A stretch of 63,927 nucleotides of DNA, filler included, from Squatina squatina (lineage: Eukaryota): NCBI GenBank assembly GCA_031763465.1. It is 4 parts of 4 records of this genome, joined end to end, with 100 filler letters (N's around TTAATTAATTAA, not from the genome) between each part and the next. Parts side by side here need not be neighbours in the genome. Positions count along the whole stretch, not along the records: positions 21,718 to 36,277 come from JARFOE010000080.1; positions 36,378 to 50,631 come from JARFOE010000233.1; 2 more parts are not named here. The stretch is one strand, 5' to 3'. Numbering within the stretch: position 1 is the first letter of the stretch; each line of letters opens with the position of its first letter. Below the pieces are notes generated by a model. It saw only the letters and a list, made by a program, of their open reading frames with translations. It was not told the DNA's origin and made no database searches. A program made the translations under genes and the position numbers. Shown piece after piece: positions 25,591 through 37,692 of this stretch.

Positions 25591-26692
25591 AGCAGAGGGA
25601 ACTATGTCACTTATGCCTGCTTGCATTAATGCTTAAAGCCCTTTGGAAGACAAGAATAGAATTGTCCTCTGTTGGGTTTTTTGTAATGTTGAAGAAACTG
25701 TTGTAGTTTGAATCTTATACTGTGGGTGTTAAATTTGAAGAACTCCATCCTTGCACTAAAAAGTTACCAACTCCAATTCTGCCAATCCTGTTTTTTTTTG
25801 TGTAAAGCATGATTATTGCTGCTACCTTGCTGAATCACGCACAGTTCTTTGGTGGAGGTAATATGAGTATTAAACTTTGAATTCTAGGATTTAACATGCT
25901 TATGGATGGTGGAAGGGGAGTCATTGGTTAAGAGTAATTCTAACTATGCTTTGTAGCTGTGGGTTAGGTGGCAGTTTTTTCCCCCCCCTGGATTCACAGT
26001 TGGACATGTGAACTCTGGGTTTTTTTTTGGAACCATGAGGTTAAAATTTTAATCTGAAACCATGTGACCAGAAGTATGAGTTTGTAATTTTCAGAAGTGC
26101 TCGATTCAGNNNNNNNNNNNNNNNNNNNNNNNNNNNNNNNNNNNNNNNNNNNNNNNNNNNNNNNNNNNNNNNNNNNNNNNNNNNNNNNNNNNNNNNNNNN
26201 NNNNNNNNNGTAGCCTCATAACGGGTTCAGTTTGACTGCCTTAAAGAATATGAAATGGAAAGAAGTGAGCAAGCTATAGTTACCACGCACAAAGAAGCCC
26301 AGGGCTACAAAAACACTGGCATTTTGGGAGTGAAATTCCTTCTGTTAATTTAACAGAAAAAGGAGGCATGAATACAAAACAGGGTTTCTTGTTTTGTGCT
26401 TGCACCAACGTTTTCCATCTCCTTTCAATCTACACGAGATTCCAAGACTCTGAAGGTTATTTATTTTGTAAACCTGAAAGGCTGCTGATAGCTATGTGTG
26501 CGTGTTGCATACGCATTGAACAAAGCATGCCTGTCGGTCATTGTTTACTGAGCATTGTGCCGTCCTCAGCAGCTTAATTTACTGCGAGCGCAGCCCTGCT
26601 GTTTTATCAAACTTTTAACATGTGCCATCAGTGAAATGTAAATTCTGTTCACTCCAAATTACTGAGCGGATTCTTTCTGGTCTGAACACTAG

Positions 26693-26831
26693 GGCCTGGT
26701 TGTTCGTCCTCTGGCTACGAGAAAGCTGATGATGAGATGTCTGGAACTACAACTACAGAGCCAGATCAAGCAGCCCGAGTTATTAATATCAACCTGCCTC
26801 AGATAACTAAGTTCTGTGACAACCATGTCAG
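26693..26831 (+). CDS. ATP8A2: ATP8A2 P4-ATPase, N-terminal exon (exon 2 equivalent)
   Basis: tag|139 nt|gtaag; GPGCSSSGYEKADDEMSGTTTTEPDQAARVININLPQITKFCDNHVS; GPxxSSxGY favours ATP8A2 over ATP8A1. Confidence 0.82.
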
Positions 26832-27499
26832 GTAAGAAAATCTTGTAAATTTACAACATTTTGTGTGTGAGGATTAAAATGTTTAGTCATATATTGAAGG
26901 GGAAAGTTTTTAATTTTTCTCCACGGAATGCAGTTTAAAATTATTTATTGATGTTAACTGTGTCACTTATTGCAATATACAGTGTTACTAGCAAGAAATA
27001 AGACTCTGTGCCTGATCGTAGGAAAGCTAATTTCATGCACTGCACAAGAACTATGTTTATTTAAGGTATACCAAATTAAACTCAACATAAGGTTTGTTGA
27101 GCAAAAAAGTGATCTTGGTGACTGAAGAAATACTTTCTCAAAGACATTGCACTATATTGAAAGCTACAGGTTTTTGCGTATTAGTGATTTCACTTGCAAA
27201 TGTGTGCTCTTTAAATAAAATATAACATAAACCAGAAGTGTGTATTGTTCCTGAACTTCCTAATTATCAGTTGTTTCAGGTTAGTTCAGCTATGTGTTTG
27301 GGTGCAGCTAATTCTGCTATAAATTGCAGTACTTGCATGGAAAGGGAATCGTTTCCCATTTATACTGTCGGTTTTTGTATTGGGGTCTTTATTTCTGCCT
27401 GGGGCTCAGCATACCAGGTGCTGTGCGCCTGTTTGGAGAATTCTCTTTTTGACTTGCTCTCGTGTTATTTCTGTTGCTGGGTACTAATAAAAACATCTT

Positions 27500-27669
27500 A
27501 GGAACAAGAGGAGGCCATTCAGCCCCTCGAGCCTGTTCCACCATTCAATCAGATCATGGCTGGTCTGCGACCTAACTCCCTATACCCGCCTTTGGCCCAT
27601 ATCCCTTAATACCTTTGGTTAACAAAAAGCTATCAATCTCAGATTTAAAACTAACAAGTGATCTCGCAT
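27500..27669 (-). mobile_element. CR1 3' end
   Basis: ggccattcagcccctcgagcctgttccaccattcaat; similar to 53745-53890. Confidence 0.7.
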
Positions 27670-27769
27670 NNNNNNNNNNNNNNNNNNNNNNNNNNNNNNN
27701 NNNNNNNNNNNNNNNNNNNNNNNNNNNNNNNNNNNNNNNNNNNNNNNNNNNNNNNNNNNNNNNNNNNNN

Positions 27770-27890
27770 ACAGTATTGATGTGGCTGGTCCAGTTAAGTT
27801 TATGGTTAATGGTGATCCCCAGGACGTTGATAGTGGGGGATTCAATGATGGTAATGCCATTGAATGTCAAGGGGAGGTGATTAGACTCTT
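27770..27890 (-). mobile_element. LINE ORF2 fragment
   Basis: TFNGITIIESPTINVLGITINHKLNWTSHINT (LGxxI...LxWxxHI RT motif). Confidence 0.7.
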
Positions 27891-28017
27891 AAACCATTAC
27901 TGTTACTACCATAAGTGTTCTCATTATTGCTGATGTGATTGTGGAATTTTTTTTTTCAAATTAAGAATTGTAAATAAGATGGTTCTGTTAAAACTAAGAA
28001 TTGATTGTTTGTTTTAG

Positions 28018-28116
28018 CAACTTCCAGATGTGTCTCCCACAGGAAGGTATACCACTCTGATGCCACTTATCTTCATTCTCACAGTTGCTGGCATTAAAGA
28101 AATCATTGAAGATTAT
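28018..28116 (+). CDS. ATP8A2: ATP8A2 exon (TM2 region)
   Basis: tag|99 nt|gtgagt; [33 protein letters not shown]. Confidence 0.9.
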
Positions 28117-29221
28117 GTGAGTATAGCTGCTGCTTTACGTACGTTAATAAAAGACGGAATGAACTGTCAGATGACCTTTTTCCCAAGAATTCTGTGAGAT
28201 TCCTACTATTTCTGTGGGGCTCAGAATTCCACTTGCCTGAAGCCTTGGTTCTATTTATTTTGAGTATGTTACTGCAGAAAAATACAGAATTGGTTTTGGG
28301 CAGAGCTGTGGAAAATCATGGATGAACCCAAGTGGTAGCTTTTTCAATACTGTACTAAGAGGCTTTTTGCAAGCATTTTCATGGTTCATAGCACAAATAA
28401 AGTTAGAATAAGACAATATTCAGGAAACAGGACATTCTGAAGTTCTCAGGTTCTCAACCAAAATACCAAGGTCTCCTGCTTGAATGTTACCACCAAAAAG
28501 GAAAACCAGAAAATATTACAGAATCTGTATTTCAAGTATGATTTTAGATAAAATGACTGAGGACCTTTTTTATTTTTAGGTCTGCAATATGAACATGTTA
28601 ATGTCAATTTTGTTGCAAGCAATATTGAAAAAGGCTAGTGCAAAACCAATAAAAATGGATTTTGTCTTTCTGAATGCTAAGTTATTGATTATAGGTAAAA
28701 ACTGCTACAGTCTTAAGGTATTTCTGTATCTTTTGAAATATTTAATTGTCCAGATACTGTGCAAAAACACTAACAGCAATAACCCTTTTCAGTTTAATGG
28801 TGCTTACCCTAGAGCACATAGGTGTGAGGGTTTAGAACAAGTGTAATGATGGGGGAGAAAATAGTGCAAAATAGTAAGCCTGGTGGTTGATGGGAGAGAA
28901 AGAATAGGGAAAATAAGAATGGAAAAGGGTACTGAGAAATATGAATGGGTCTGTATTATTTATATGCAAATATGTAAATCATTGGAGAAAGTTTGGGGAT
29001 TTAAGATGCAAATTAGAATGGATGGATACAATGTTAGAAATTTAGCTTTAACTGGCGATAATTTCTTTAGGAGAGCTTGAGAAAGGGAAAAAAGAAAGAA
29101 TGGTCTTGTTAATGAATGACCCGATTACAGCAATAGAAGCAACATTTTTATCGAATGAATGGAAAGTGGAAAAATCACCAATGCTAAATGGTATTCTTCT
29201 CAGAAAACTGAAGTAGGTCAC

Positions 29222-29336
29222 TTTAACCTCAGTGGTGGGTAAGTTATTAGAAACAATAATCAGGGAAAAAATTAAAAGGAACTTGGAGAGGTTTGAGTTA
29301 ATTAAGGAGAGCCAGCATGGATTTGTAAAAGGCAGA
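29222..29336 (+). mobile_element. CR1 RT fragment
   Basis: LTSVVGKLLETIIREKIKRNLERFELIKESQHGFVKGR. Confidence 0.8.
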
Positions 29337-30615
29337 CAAAAATTGCTGGAAAAACTCAGCANNNNNNNNNNNNNNNNNNNNNNNNNNNNNNNNNNNNNNN
29401 NNNNNNNNNNNNNNNNNNNNNNNNNNNNNNNNNNNNNNNNNNNNNNNNNNNNNNNNNNNNNTTATTTTAGCGCCAGACAGGAATGAATAATTGTTGCAAT
29501 TCATGTATACGTTCTTTAAATATTATCCATTGCCTATCCACCATCAACCTTTTTGTAAAGTTCCGCAATCTATCATAGCCAACTCGCGCTTCATACCTTC
29601 GTAGTTTCCTTTATTCAGATTACCTTCCTCAACCTCCACATCACTGCACTTCAAGCCATTCAAATCCCACCACAATCAAAGCAGTTTTGAAGTCAATTAT
29701 CAGTCCATGAAAATTGCCATCAAAACAAATGTTAACTTTTAATTATGCTATATATTTTTTTTTTAGGGAGGTAATTGTTGTATTAACTACAGAGGAACAG
29801 GGTGCCAGTCAGTGTTCCAAAAACTTTCTGACTTATAGTGGGGCAACAGTGCCAGGACATGAGGTGGTTGGGAGGTAATTGGCTGGAGACTGCTATCTTT
29901 TTTGGTCACTGTAGAATTATGCTTGTCTTTCCTCTTAGTGACACAACCCACACCATAAATGAGATGATTTTACCAGCATATCGGGCAAGGTACCAAATTG
30001 AGTTTCTCAACTATATTCTGGTAGCACAAAGGCCATTAATATGGCTGGTGATTGAAGTGGAAATAGTCACACTGGTACAGTTGGGAAGAGTAGATGTTGG
30101 TGCACAAAAGAGAGGGAACTTTAATCTACAGCTGCCATGCCATTTTCCATTCCCTGCGCTGACATTGCTGTTCATTTTTTCTATGTTAAAAACCTATTTC
30201 AATATTAAGATATAATGTATNNNNNNNNNNNNNNNNNNNNNNNNNNNNNNNNNNNNNNNNNNNNNNNNNNNNNNNNNNNNNNNNNNNNNNNNNNNNNNNN
30301 NNNNNNNNNNNNNNNNNNNNCATAACGTAGAGCCAGAATCCATTGGTCCTATCAAAATTATGTGTAGCAAAATGGTGGGGTGCAAATTCATCGAATTGCA
30401 GAATGGTGAGCTGGGTGGGAGAAGGGTAAATACTTCTATTGCCTGAAGTTTATTCTTTTGCAAAATTTAGCTTATTGGATATTTCATAGGTTTTAGGTTA
30501 AAGAACTTTCGCTTAGCCAGAAGATAAGATTTTAATTAGTGGAGCGTGAAGTCCAAAACATTATAGATTTTTTAAGACTTTGATCATAGACAAATGANNN
30601 NNNNNNNACAAACAG

Positions 30616-30781
30616 AATTCTACTAAGGCACCATTGAAGAGATCCAACGTTGAAAGGGTTACAAACATACAGATCCTGGTTCTCTTCTGCATTCTAGTGG
30701 TCATGTCCTTGGTGAGCGCTGGGGGCGCTGAGATTTGGAACAAGAAACACAATGATTCCGACTGGTACCTGACTACAATCA
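30616..30781 (+). CDS. ATP8A2: ATP8A2 exon (TM3 region)
   Basis: cag|166 nt|gtaag; [55 protein letters not shown]. Confidence 0.9.
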
Positions 30782-31638
30782 GTAAGAATCATTATTACTG
30801 TCAAAATTTCCCATCCACAGCATAAGCATTAGTTTGAAAGATCAACGTTGTTCACTATTCGCCGCATCCAGTAATTTTCTAACATGATGAAATACCATTT
30901 GCTGACGCAAAATGTCTCCTCACTAGGGTTTTTGCAAANNNNNNNNNNNNNNNNNNNNNNNNNNNNNNNNNNNNNNNNNNNNNNNNNNNNNNNNNNNNNN
31001 NNNNNNNNNNNNNNNNNNNNNNNNNNNNNNNNNNNNNNTCTCATCTGAAAGACAGGATCTCCGACAGTGGTCCACAGCACTGCACTGAAGTGTCAGTCTA
31101 GATTATATGCTGTAAAACATAACCTTACTTGGAGGACTGAGCCGAGCTGACACTAGAGGTGATAAAAGTATGGATAAGGGTGGCGACGTAGTCAGCGAGG
31201 AGGCAGGCAATGTTGTGCAGGTGGAGGTGAGTGATCTTGGTGATGGATGCAGAGAAAGAGTCACCAGATTTTTTATTTTTAACAATTATGGTTTTAGTCC
31301 TACCTGCTTATTTGCACAGCTGCTGACAAATGTGCTTTTGCGCAGATGAAAGCTCGTTGGTAAAAGCTGCAAGGAATTTGGGATTTGTCTTCACTGGAAG
31401 AACGCCTGATTCTGTCATTATAGATGCTGTGAGTACACCTGCTCATTGTTACATCTCCTGATTCCCTGCCGACAGGGACCATGCACTTACAATATGTCTT
31501 CCTATTTTTGGGCAAGCATATTGCTAGCATATGCAGGCTAGGATACTGATGGTAAATAATTAAAAGTAAATAGTAATTATTTTTTAATAATCAATATACT
31601 TGGCAGTGAAGTACTCTTTAATTTCATTTTTTTAACAG

Positions 31639-31716
31639 GAGTAATGGTGAGGAGGACAATATCAGCTCTTCCACCACCACAAGAACAAAAACATTCTATG
31701 ATCCAGGAAACTCCAG
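31639..31716 (+). CDS. Putative symmetric repeat exon of an unidentified gene
   Basis: Strong T-rich acceptor ending aacag, 78 nt, cag|gtat donor; SNGEEDNISSSTTTRTKTFYDPGNS; similar to the next exon. Confidence 0.5.
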
Positions 31717-31808
31717 GTATCGCATAATACAACCGTGTTCTTTAAAAAAAAATTTAAATCACTGCAATTCGCAGTGTGGTATTTGAAACAAACTTTGTAT
31801 TTTATTAG

Positions 31809-31877
31809 GAACAGTGGAGACTGGGACAATACCAACTTGTACACCACTACAAGCACAAAAACAACCTTTGGGCCAAG
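31809..31877 (+). CDS. Putative symmetric repeat exon of an unidentified gene
   Basis: tattttattag|69 nt|gtacc; NSGDWDNTNLYTTTSTKTTFGP. Confidence 0.5.
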
Positions 31878-33171
31878 GTACCATGATACATGACAAGGTT
31901 CTTTAATACAGTCGATTCCTGCTAAGGAATTCTTGCTAAATAAGTTAGACATTTGCAAGAAAATAGCATTCATTTGTCAGAAAGGTGCAGTGAAATAATT
32001 AAAAATCCCTCTGTTTCACAATTTTTTTTGCACATTTCTTTAGTTTTTTTCTTCTTTCCAATTTTTGTTCCCTCCCTTTTAAAGGCACCAACCTACTGGG
32101 TTNNNNNNNNNNNNNNNNNNNNNNNNNNNNNNNNNNNNNNNNNNNNNNNNNNNNNNNNNNNNNNNNNNNNNNNNNNNNNNNNNNNNNNNNNNNNNNNNNN
32201 NNATATGTTTGCAACTTGACATGAGGAGAGTGAGAACGGGAAGCACAATATAATTGAGCTCAGCAGGCAGAAGTAATAGGAGCAGGGAGAAAGCCGGCAT
32301 GAAGAATGAGCTTGGAGAGCAGAGAGATACTGATAATGAGACATCAAAACTGCCCTCAATTTTCAGGAATTTTTGCTGAAACAAATCACTTGCTCTATCC
32401 CTATGGTATGTGGAGTTTACTTGTCTGATTGCTACATCTCGATGTCAACAATCCACCTCTTATTGTTGCTGTCTTTCCTGATTGCCCTGTTATTTTTGTT
32501 TCTTGTCCATAAGCTACTTAAATAGCTGCTGCATTATTTAAAATAATATACATCAATAGTAAAGTAAAATTTGGGTGCCTCTAACAATTATTTCCCCTAT
32601 TCCTTCACTTGATATTTCAGCCTTTGCTGATAACCTATTATTCAGACTCAACTATGAATGAGCCTCGTGTGTGCCAACAAAAATCCAAATCACACTGCTG
32701 GGTTAAAAGTGAGCCAATAAAAAAAAAACACTGCTCAATCAATTTCCCAGCATTTGTTGCTATTTTCTTTTTGTTTGTTTGTTTATCACTTTTTGGAAAA
32801 TGTATATTTGTGGAGTTCTTACTGATGAAATAAAATAAGTTTAAGCTTTGGCACATTTCAGAACTGCAATTGTCATTTCAGACTGTGAATTCCTGGTTGC
32901 CCAGAAGAAATTTCCATTTTTATTATGAATGTGTATTCAGTGCAGCTGTTTAATCATCTGTTCTTGTATTGTAATCTGTGATGACATAGACTTTCAGGTT
33001 TATGTAGAAAATCTGCATGAAATGTTTAAAAAATGCATTATTTGTTTTGCCATGTGTTGTGTGTGCTTTGTTTGCTAAGGTACACTGAGAAGAAGCAATG
33101 TGTATCAATATATATCTGAGAAGTTAAAATTGCAAGGCAGACAAAATGACTTTTTATTTCTCATTTACCAG

Positions 33172-33221
33172 ATGGGAGAAGAGATGACCTTTCAACTCCT
33201 TAATGTTCTGGAATTTTCCAG
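33172..33221 (+). CDS. ATP8A2: ATP8A2 exon (N domain)
   Basis: cag|50 nt|gtagt; MGEEMTFQLLNVLEFS. Confidence 0.88.
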
Positions 33222-34043
33222 GTAGTGCTTCTATCATTTAGTACATCAAAATTACCAGTCACTTTGATGTAACTGCATGGAAAAAAATTGCACATTATTA
33301 TGGTATATATACGGTTTATAAACATCATCTGAACCCCAGAATGATTAAAACATGAGGATAACGTCTCTTCACTTTTTTTAATGATACTCTGCTGCTGACG
33401 CATCTGATTCTTTACTTATCTAGTCCCAATTAATCAGAATTAAATGGGGCGAGTTAGAAACCAAATCCCAGGGTGATGCAGGCAGAGGCTTCTCAAAACT
33501 GATCTGTGGCTACGTGGATAAACTTTCTTAGATTTTTAGATTTTGAATGTTTCCAATTAGTTTAAGGTAAACTTTAAGCTATAATTTTTAAATGGTTAGT
33601 TTTTTCAGTTTTGGGTATGGAACTGTCATGGTAGCCTTGCCTGTTACAGAATGTGATTTTGGGGCCTGAATAGACCCTGGTAATAGCGAGCATTCAGAAA
33701 GAAAATGTGAACACTACAATTCTACATGTATCCATACATCCATAAAACTTTCATGTAGGCATAAACTGTGGAATTTCTGGTGTTAGTTTTATTGTGTCCC
33801 GATTATTGGGTTATATTTTGGAGGACAGACACCAGTGGTGTGCTCTGTGCAGTTGAGGCAGGTAACATGCACAGTGAAAAATTAATAATTGTGATGTAAC
33901 ACTTTATCTTTATCAGTTAGTAATCCACAATAACTGGGAACAGTTGTGTATTATGTAAAAATAAAATCATGCAGCTCAGTTGTGTACAATGTTTTATTTG
34001 GAATCGTATAAAGTGAATTTCCTTTTGATTTTCTGCCCAATAG

Positions 34044-34113
34044 CAGCCGGAAGAGAATGTCAGTGATTGTTAAGATGCCATCAGGAAAGATCCGACTGTA
34101 CTGCAAAGGAGCA
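34044..34113 (+). CDS. ATP8A2: ATP8A2 exon (RKRMS...KGA motif)
   Basis: tag|70 nt|gtaagt; [23 protein letters not shown], phase-compatible with 33172-33221. Confidence 0.9.
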
Positions 34114-36277
34114 GTAAGTGCCCTTTTTATTGCTTTCAACGATGCACAAATGGCAGTAATTTGTACGAATGTACACTACTATGATTACTCTTTTATAAAT
34201 GTTAATGTTTATTGGAGCCANNNNNNNNNNNNNNNNNNNNNNNNNNNNNNNNNNNNNNNNNNNNNNNNNNNNNNNNNNNNNNNNNNNNNNNNNNNNNNNN
34301 NNNNNNNNNNNNNNNNNNNNACCAGATGAGTTTTTACGACAATCCGATAGTTTCATGGTCACCATTACTGATACTAGATTTTTATTTAATTAACTGAATT
34401 TCAATTCCCCAATTGCTGTGGTGGGATTTGAATTTGTGTCTCTGGATCATTAGTCCAGGTCTCTGGATTGCTCGTCCAGTAGCATAGCCACTATGCTGCC
34501 ATTCCCCCTCTATATTTGATGGTGTTGGTTATATAATAATAGATTATGAATCTCAATATTGAGGAAAGGTGTGTTATATAGCGTGGTGCTTTCCCAACGT
34601 ATCCTGAAGCCAAGACCATTACTTAACTTCCAACTGAAATCAAGTTTTGCTTGAGAGAAATCCTTTGCTTTACCCTCCCTACTTAAGAAATAGGATAGTC
34701 CTTCATAATATTAATTTGAGATTGCATAATAGCACGGACACCTATTGTGTTCATTGGTTTCCTATTGTGATTGAAATAATATATACTTTACGTGATAATT
34801 TCCTTCCACCTCTAATATTACAGAAATTACATGCAATTGGGGTTAGTGGTTCTTGCACATTGATAAACTGATGCAACGTGTTTGACTTCTCTGAGCACTT
34901 ATGTAATTTTAATGTTATTCAGTTAGGTTGCAATCACGCAGAGATAAATAGATTTGGTGTTGGGTTTGCCAGTAATGTATCTTGTGTTTTGTTCACATTT
35001 CAGGCTGTCTGACAAGACTGACTTGTCCTCTTACAAACCCGTATTATTTTATTAGGTGGCTCAGTAGAGTTTGAATTATGGGAGCTGCACCTGTTGCCCT
35101 GAGACTAATTGTTTCTACAGCTGACATGTAATGAGTTCTCCCGCTACTGGGGGAGGGAGGGGTGCAGACATACAGTTTGACTAACGACTTTCCATTATCT
35201 CAGCATGGATTGATTCTGACATCTGAGTCCTCCACATTCATCTTTTGTCAGCTTTATTTGAGCATATTTGAGAACAGGTTTGTGCCAGGCTAGTGCACAG
35301 TGTGGCTGCTGGCTAGAATTTCACTACCTTTCTGAACCTTAAGCTTAATCACCAATTAAAAAGGTTTTTTGAAAGAAACTGAAGTACTGTGGCACTCGAA
35401 CAGCTGGAACACTTGGTTCCTAATTAACAGAACAAGCAGCGCACCTACTTTGAGAAAGAAAAGATTAGAATCTATGGAAGAGTCATGCAAATAGTCTTAA
35501 ACGCTAATAATGTGAATAGGTAGTGTTGACTTTCCATGTGTTCATGACTGTGCACTATTGTCTTTTAAATTCTCTCAACTTACTCCCAGAAATAATTCTG
35601 CANNNNNNNNNNNNNNNNNNNNNNNNNNNNNNNNNNNNNNNNNNNNNNNNNNNNNNNNNNNNNNNNNNNNNNNNNNNNNNNNNNNNNNNNNNNNNNNNNN
35701 NNGTTGTTTGGTCCCAGAGCAGATGGAACAAAAAGCTGATTCTATATTTAATTGTGAATCGAGAGACCTATCCAACATCCAAGGTTGGATTTTTTTCATG
35801 GCGAGTAAAATGTTGAAGTGTTAATATACAGCTTTACTGAACCACTGTGATTGCTGTAATCCAGGATTGCCCTAAACAGGGCATTTGAAGGTGAGAAAAT
35901 GTAAACTACATGTCATTACATGATTGCTTACAGAGCTTTGGGATGCAGCCTGCAGCTTAGACCACACATAACACTGGACCTGTAGGCTGTACTGATTAGC
36001 TACTTGCCAAGGGGCCATGTTCTAATGGGCAGATTCACAATGGAAGCTATTGTGTCTTTTGTTCCTACCTTGTGCTGTGGAGATTTGATTTATTTAAACA
36101 GTACACAGAAATTTACAATACTTTAACATATGAATATATCTGGCAGCTGTTATGATTTAAGAATTGCTGTTTCTCTGGTTTGAAATGCCCTTTGAGATCA
36201 TTGAATGTGTATAATAAATCTGACAAAAGACTTGTTTTATTTTTGAATTGATGTGACAAGAGGTGTCCTACATATAT

Positions 36278-36377
36278 NNNNNNNNNNNNNNNNNNNNNNN
36301 NNNNNNNNNNNNNNNNNNNNNTTAATTAATTAANNNNNNNNNNNNNNNNNNNNNNNNNNNNNNNNNNNNNNNNNNNN
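36278..36377. other. Artificial scaffold linker
   Basis: TTAATTAATTAA at 36322-36333 inside N runs. Confidence 0.95.
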
Positions 36378-37594
36378 TTCCTTTTAACACACCTAAGATA
36401 CTTAAATATTGCCAGATGGGATCCATTAAATTAATAAAATCCTTTGCGGCCAAGTAATTCTTTACGGCCCTCAAAAAGGTGACAAAAATAATCCATGCCA
36501 TTATTGGGGTTTGAACATGAAGTTTTCTTTTAAATGCATAAAAGTTTTAAAATCATTAAAACTGATGATTTGAAACTATACACATTAATAGTACAATTTA
36601 AGTATTCCTTTAATCAAAACTTCAAAGCATTTGATTATCTAAAAAAAAAACTAATTTTTTGAGAAGCTTACCATTTGATTATCCATCTTTAAATGATGGA
36701 AAGTAAACTTACCTGGTCTCAGGTTAGTTAACATTATGCATCTTCAAAATAATGTTTGTTTGTTTTTAACATTCCTGAACACTAAAGCTCAAATTGCATT
36801 TCTAACTTTAACCAGCGAAGGCCTCCGCCAGTGTATGTCGCAACTAAATCAAAAGCAGCCATTGCCTTCTCCATTCCATCCCTTCCCTCCCACCACTGCC
36901 AATCCGTCAACCCCTCTCTTTACAAAATATGTTAAATATAGTCAACAGTAATAGACTAATAAGCACGAGCAATAATTGACACCTCAGGAGCTTCTTAGAT
37001 TGTGTTGGATTGTGAAAATTGTCTTGCGTACCTTGTGAATAAAAATCTCCATAAAATGTTTATAGCAAAAGGTAAAAAATTATCAAATACCACGGTAGTC
37101 AACCTTTACACATCATCTAACGTATGCTCACTTGCATTTAGATTAAACCAAGAACATACAAAAATGTTAACCCTTTAAGAACTGTAGTAATTAATGAACA
37201 AAAACAAGACTGCAATTTTGTTTCTTCATATAAATACAATTCTCTGTGGGTCCATATAATTTGCATACTCAGTTTTGGAAATTTAGATTTGTATTCTGCA
37301 ATTATTTACAACATTGTTAGCAGAGTACACAATATATTTAGTTCAATTAAACTGATAAGTGATTTGTGAGACTCATTCTCCAGCAGCTTATACTTAATTA
37401 ACCAGGGGGCGGGGAGAGGAAATTGTGGAATTACATTTTACTGCTGCATTGCATGTTGCAACAATGTCCATATACATTGGATCTATCGAAATCCNNNNNN
37501 NNNNNNNNNNNNNNNNNNNNNNNNNNNNNNNNNNNNNNNNNNNNNNNNNNNNNNNNNNNNNNNNNNNNNNNNNNNNNNNNNNNNNNNNNNNNNN

Positions 37595-37692
37595 GTACTG
37601 AGTTGAAAGATCAGCCATGATCGTGTTGAATGGCGGTGCAAGCTCGAAGGGCCGAATGGCCTACTCCTGCATCTATTTTCTATGTTTCTATG
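37595..37692 (+). mobile_element. CR1 3' terminus
   Basis: gatcagccatgatc...gaagggccgaatggcctactcctgc...ttctatgtttctatg. Confidence 0.75.
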
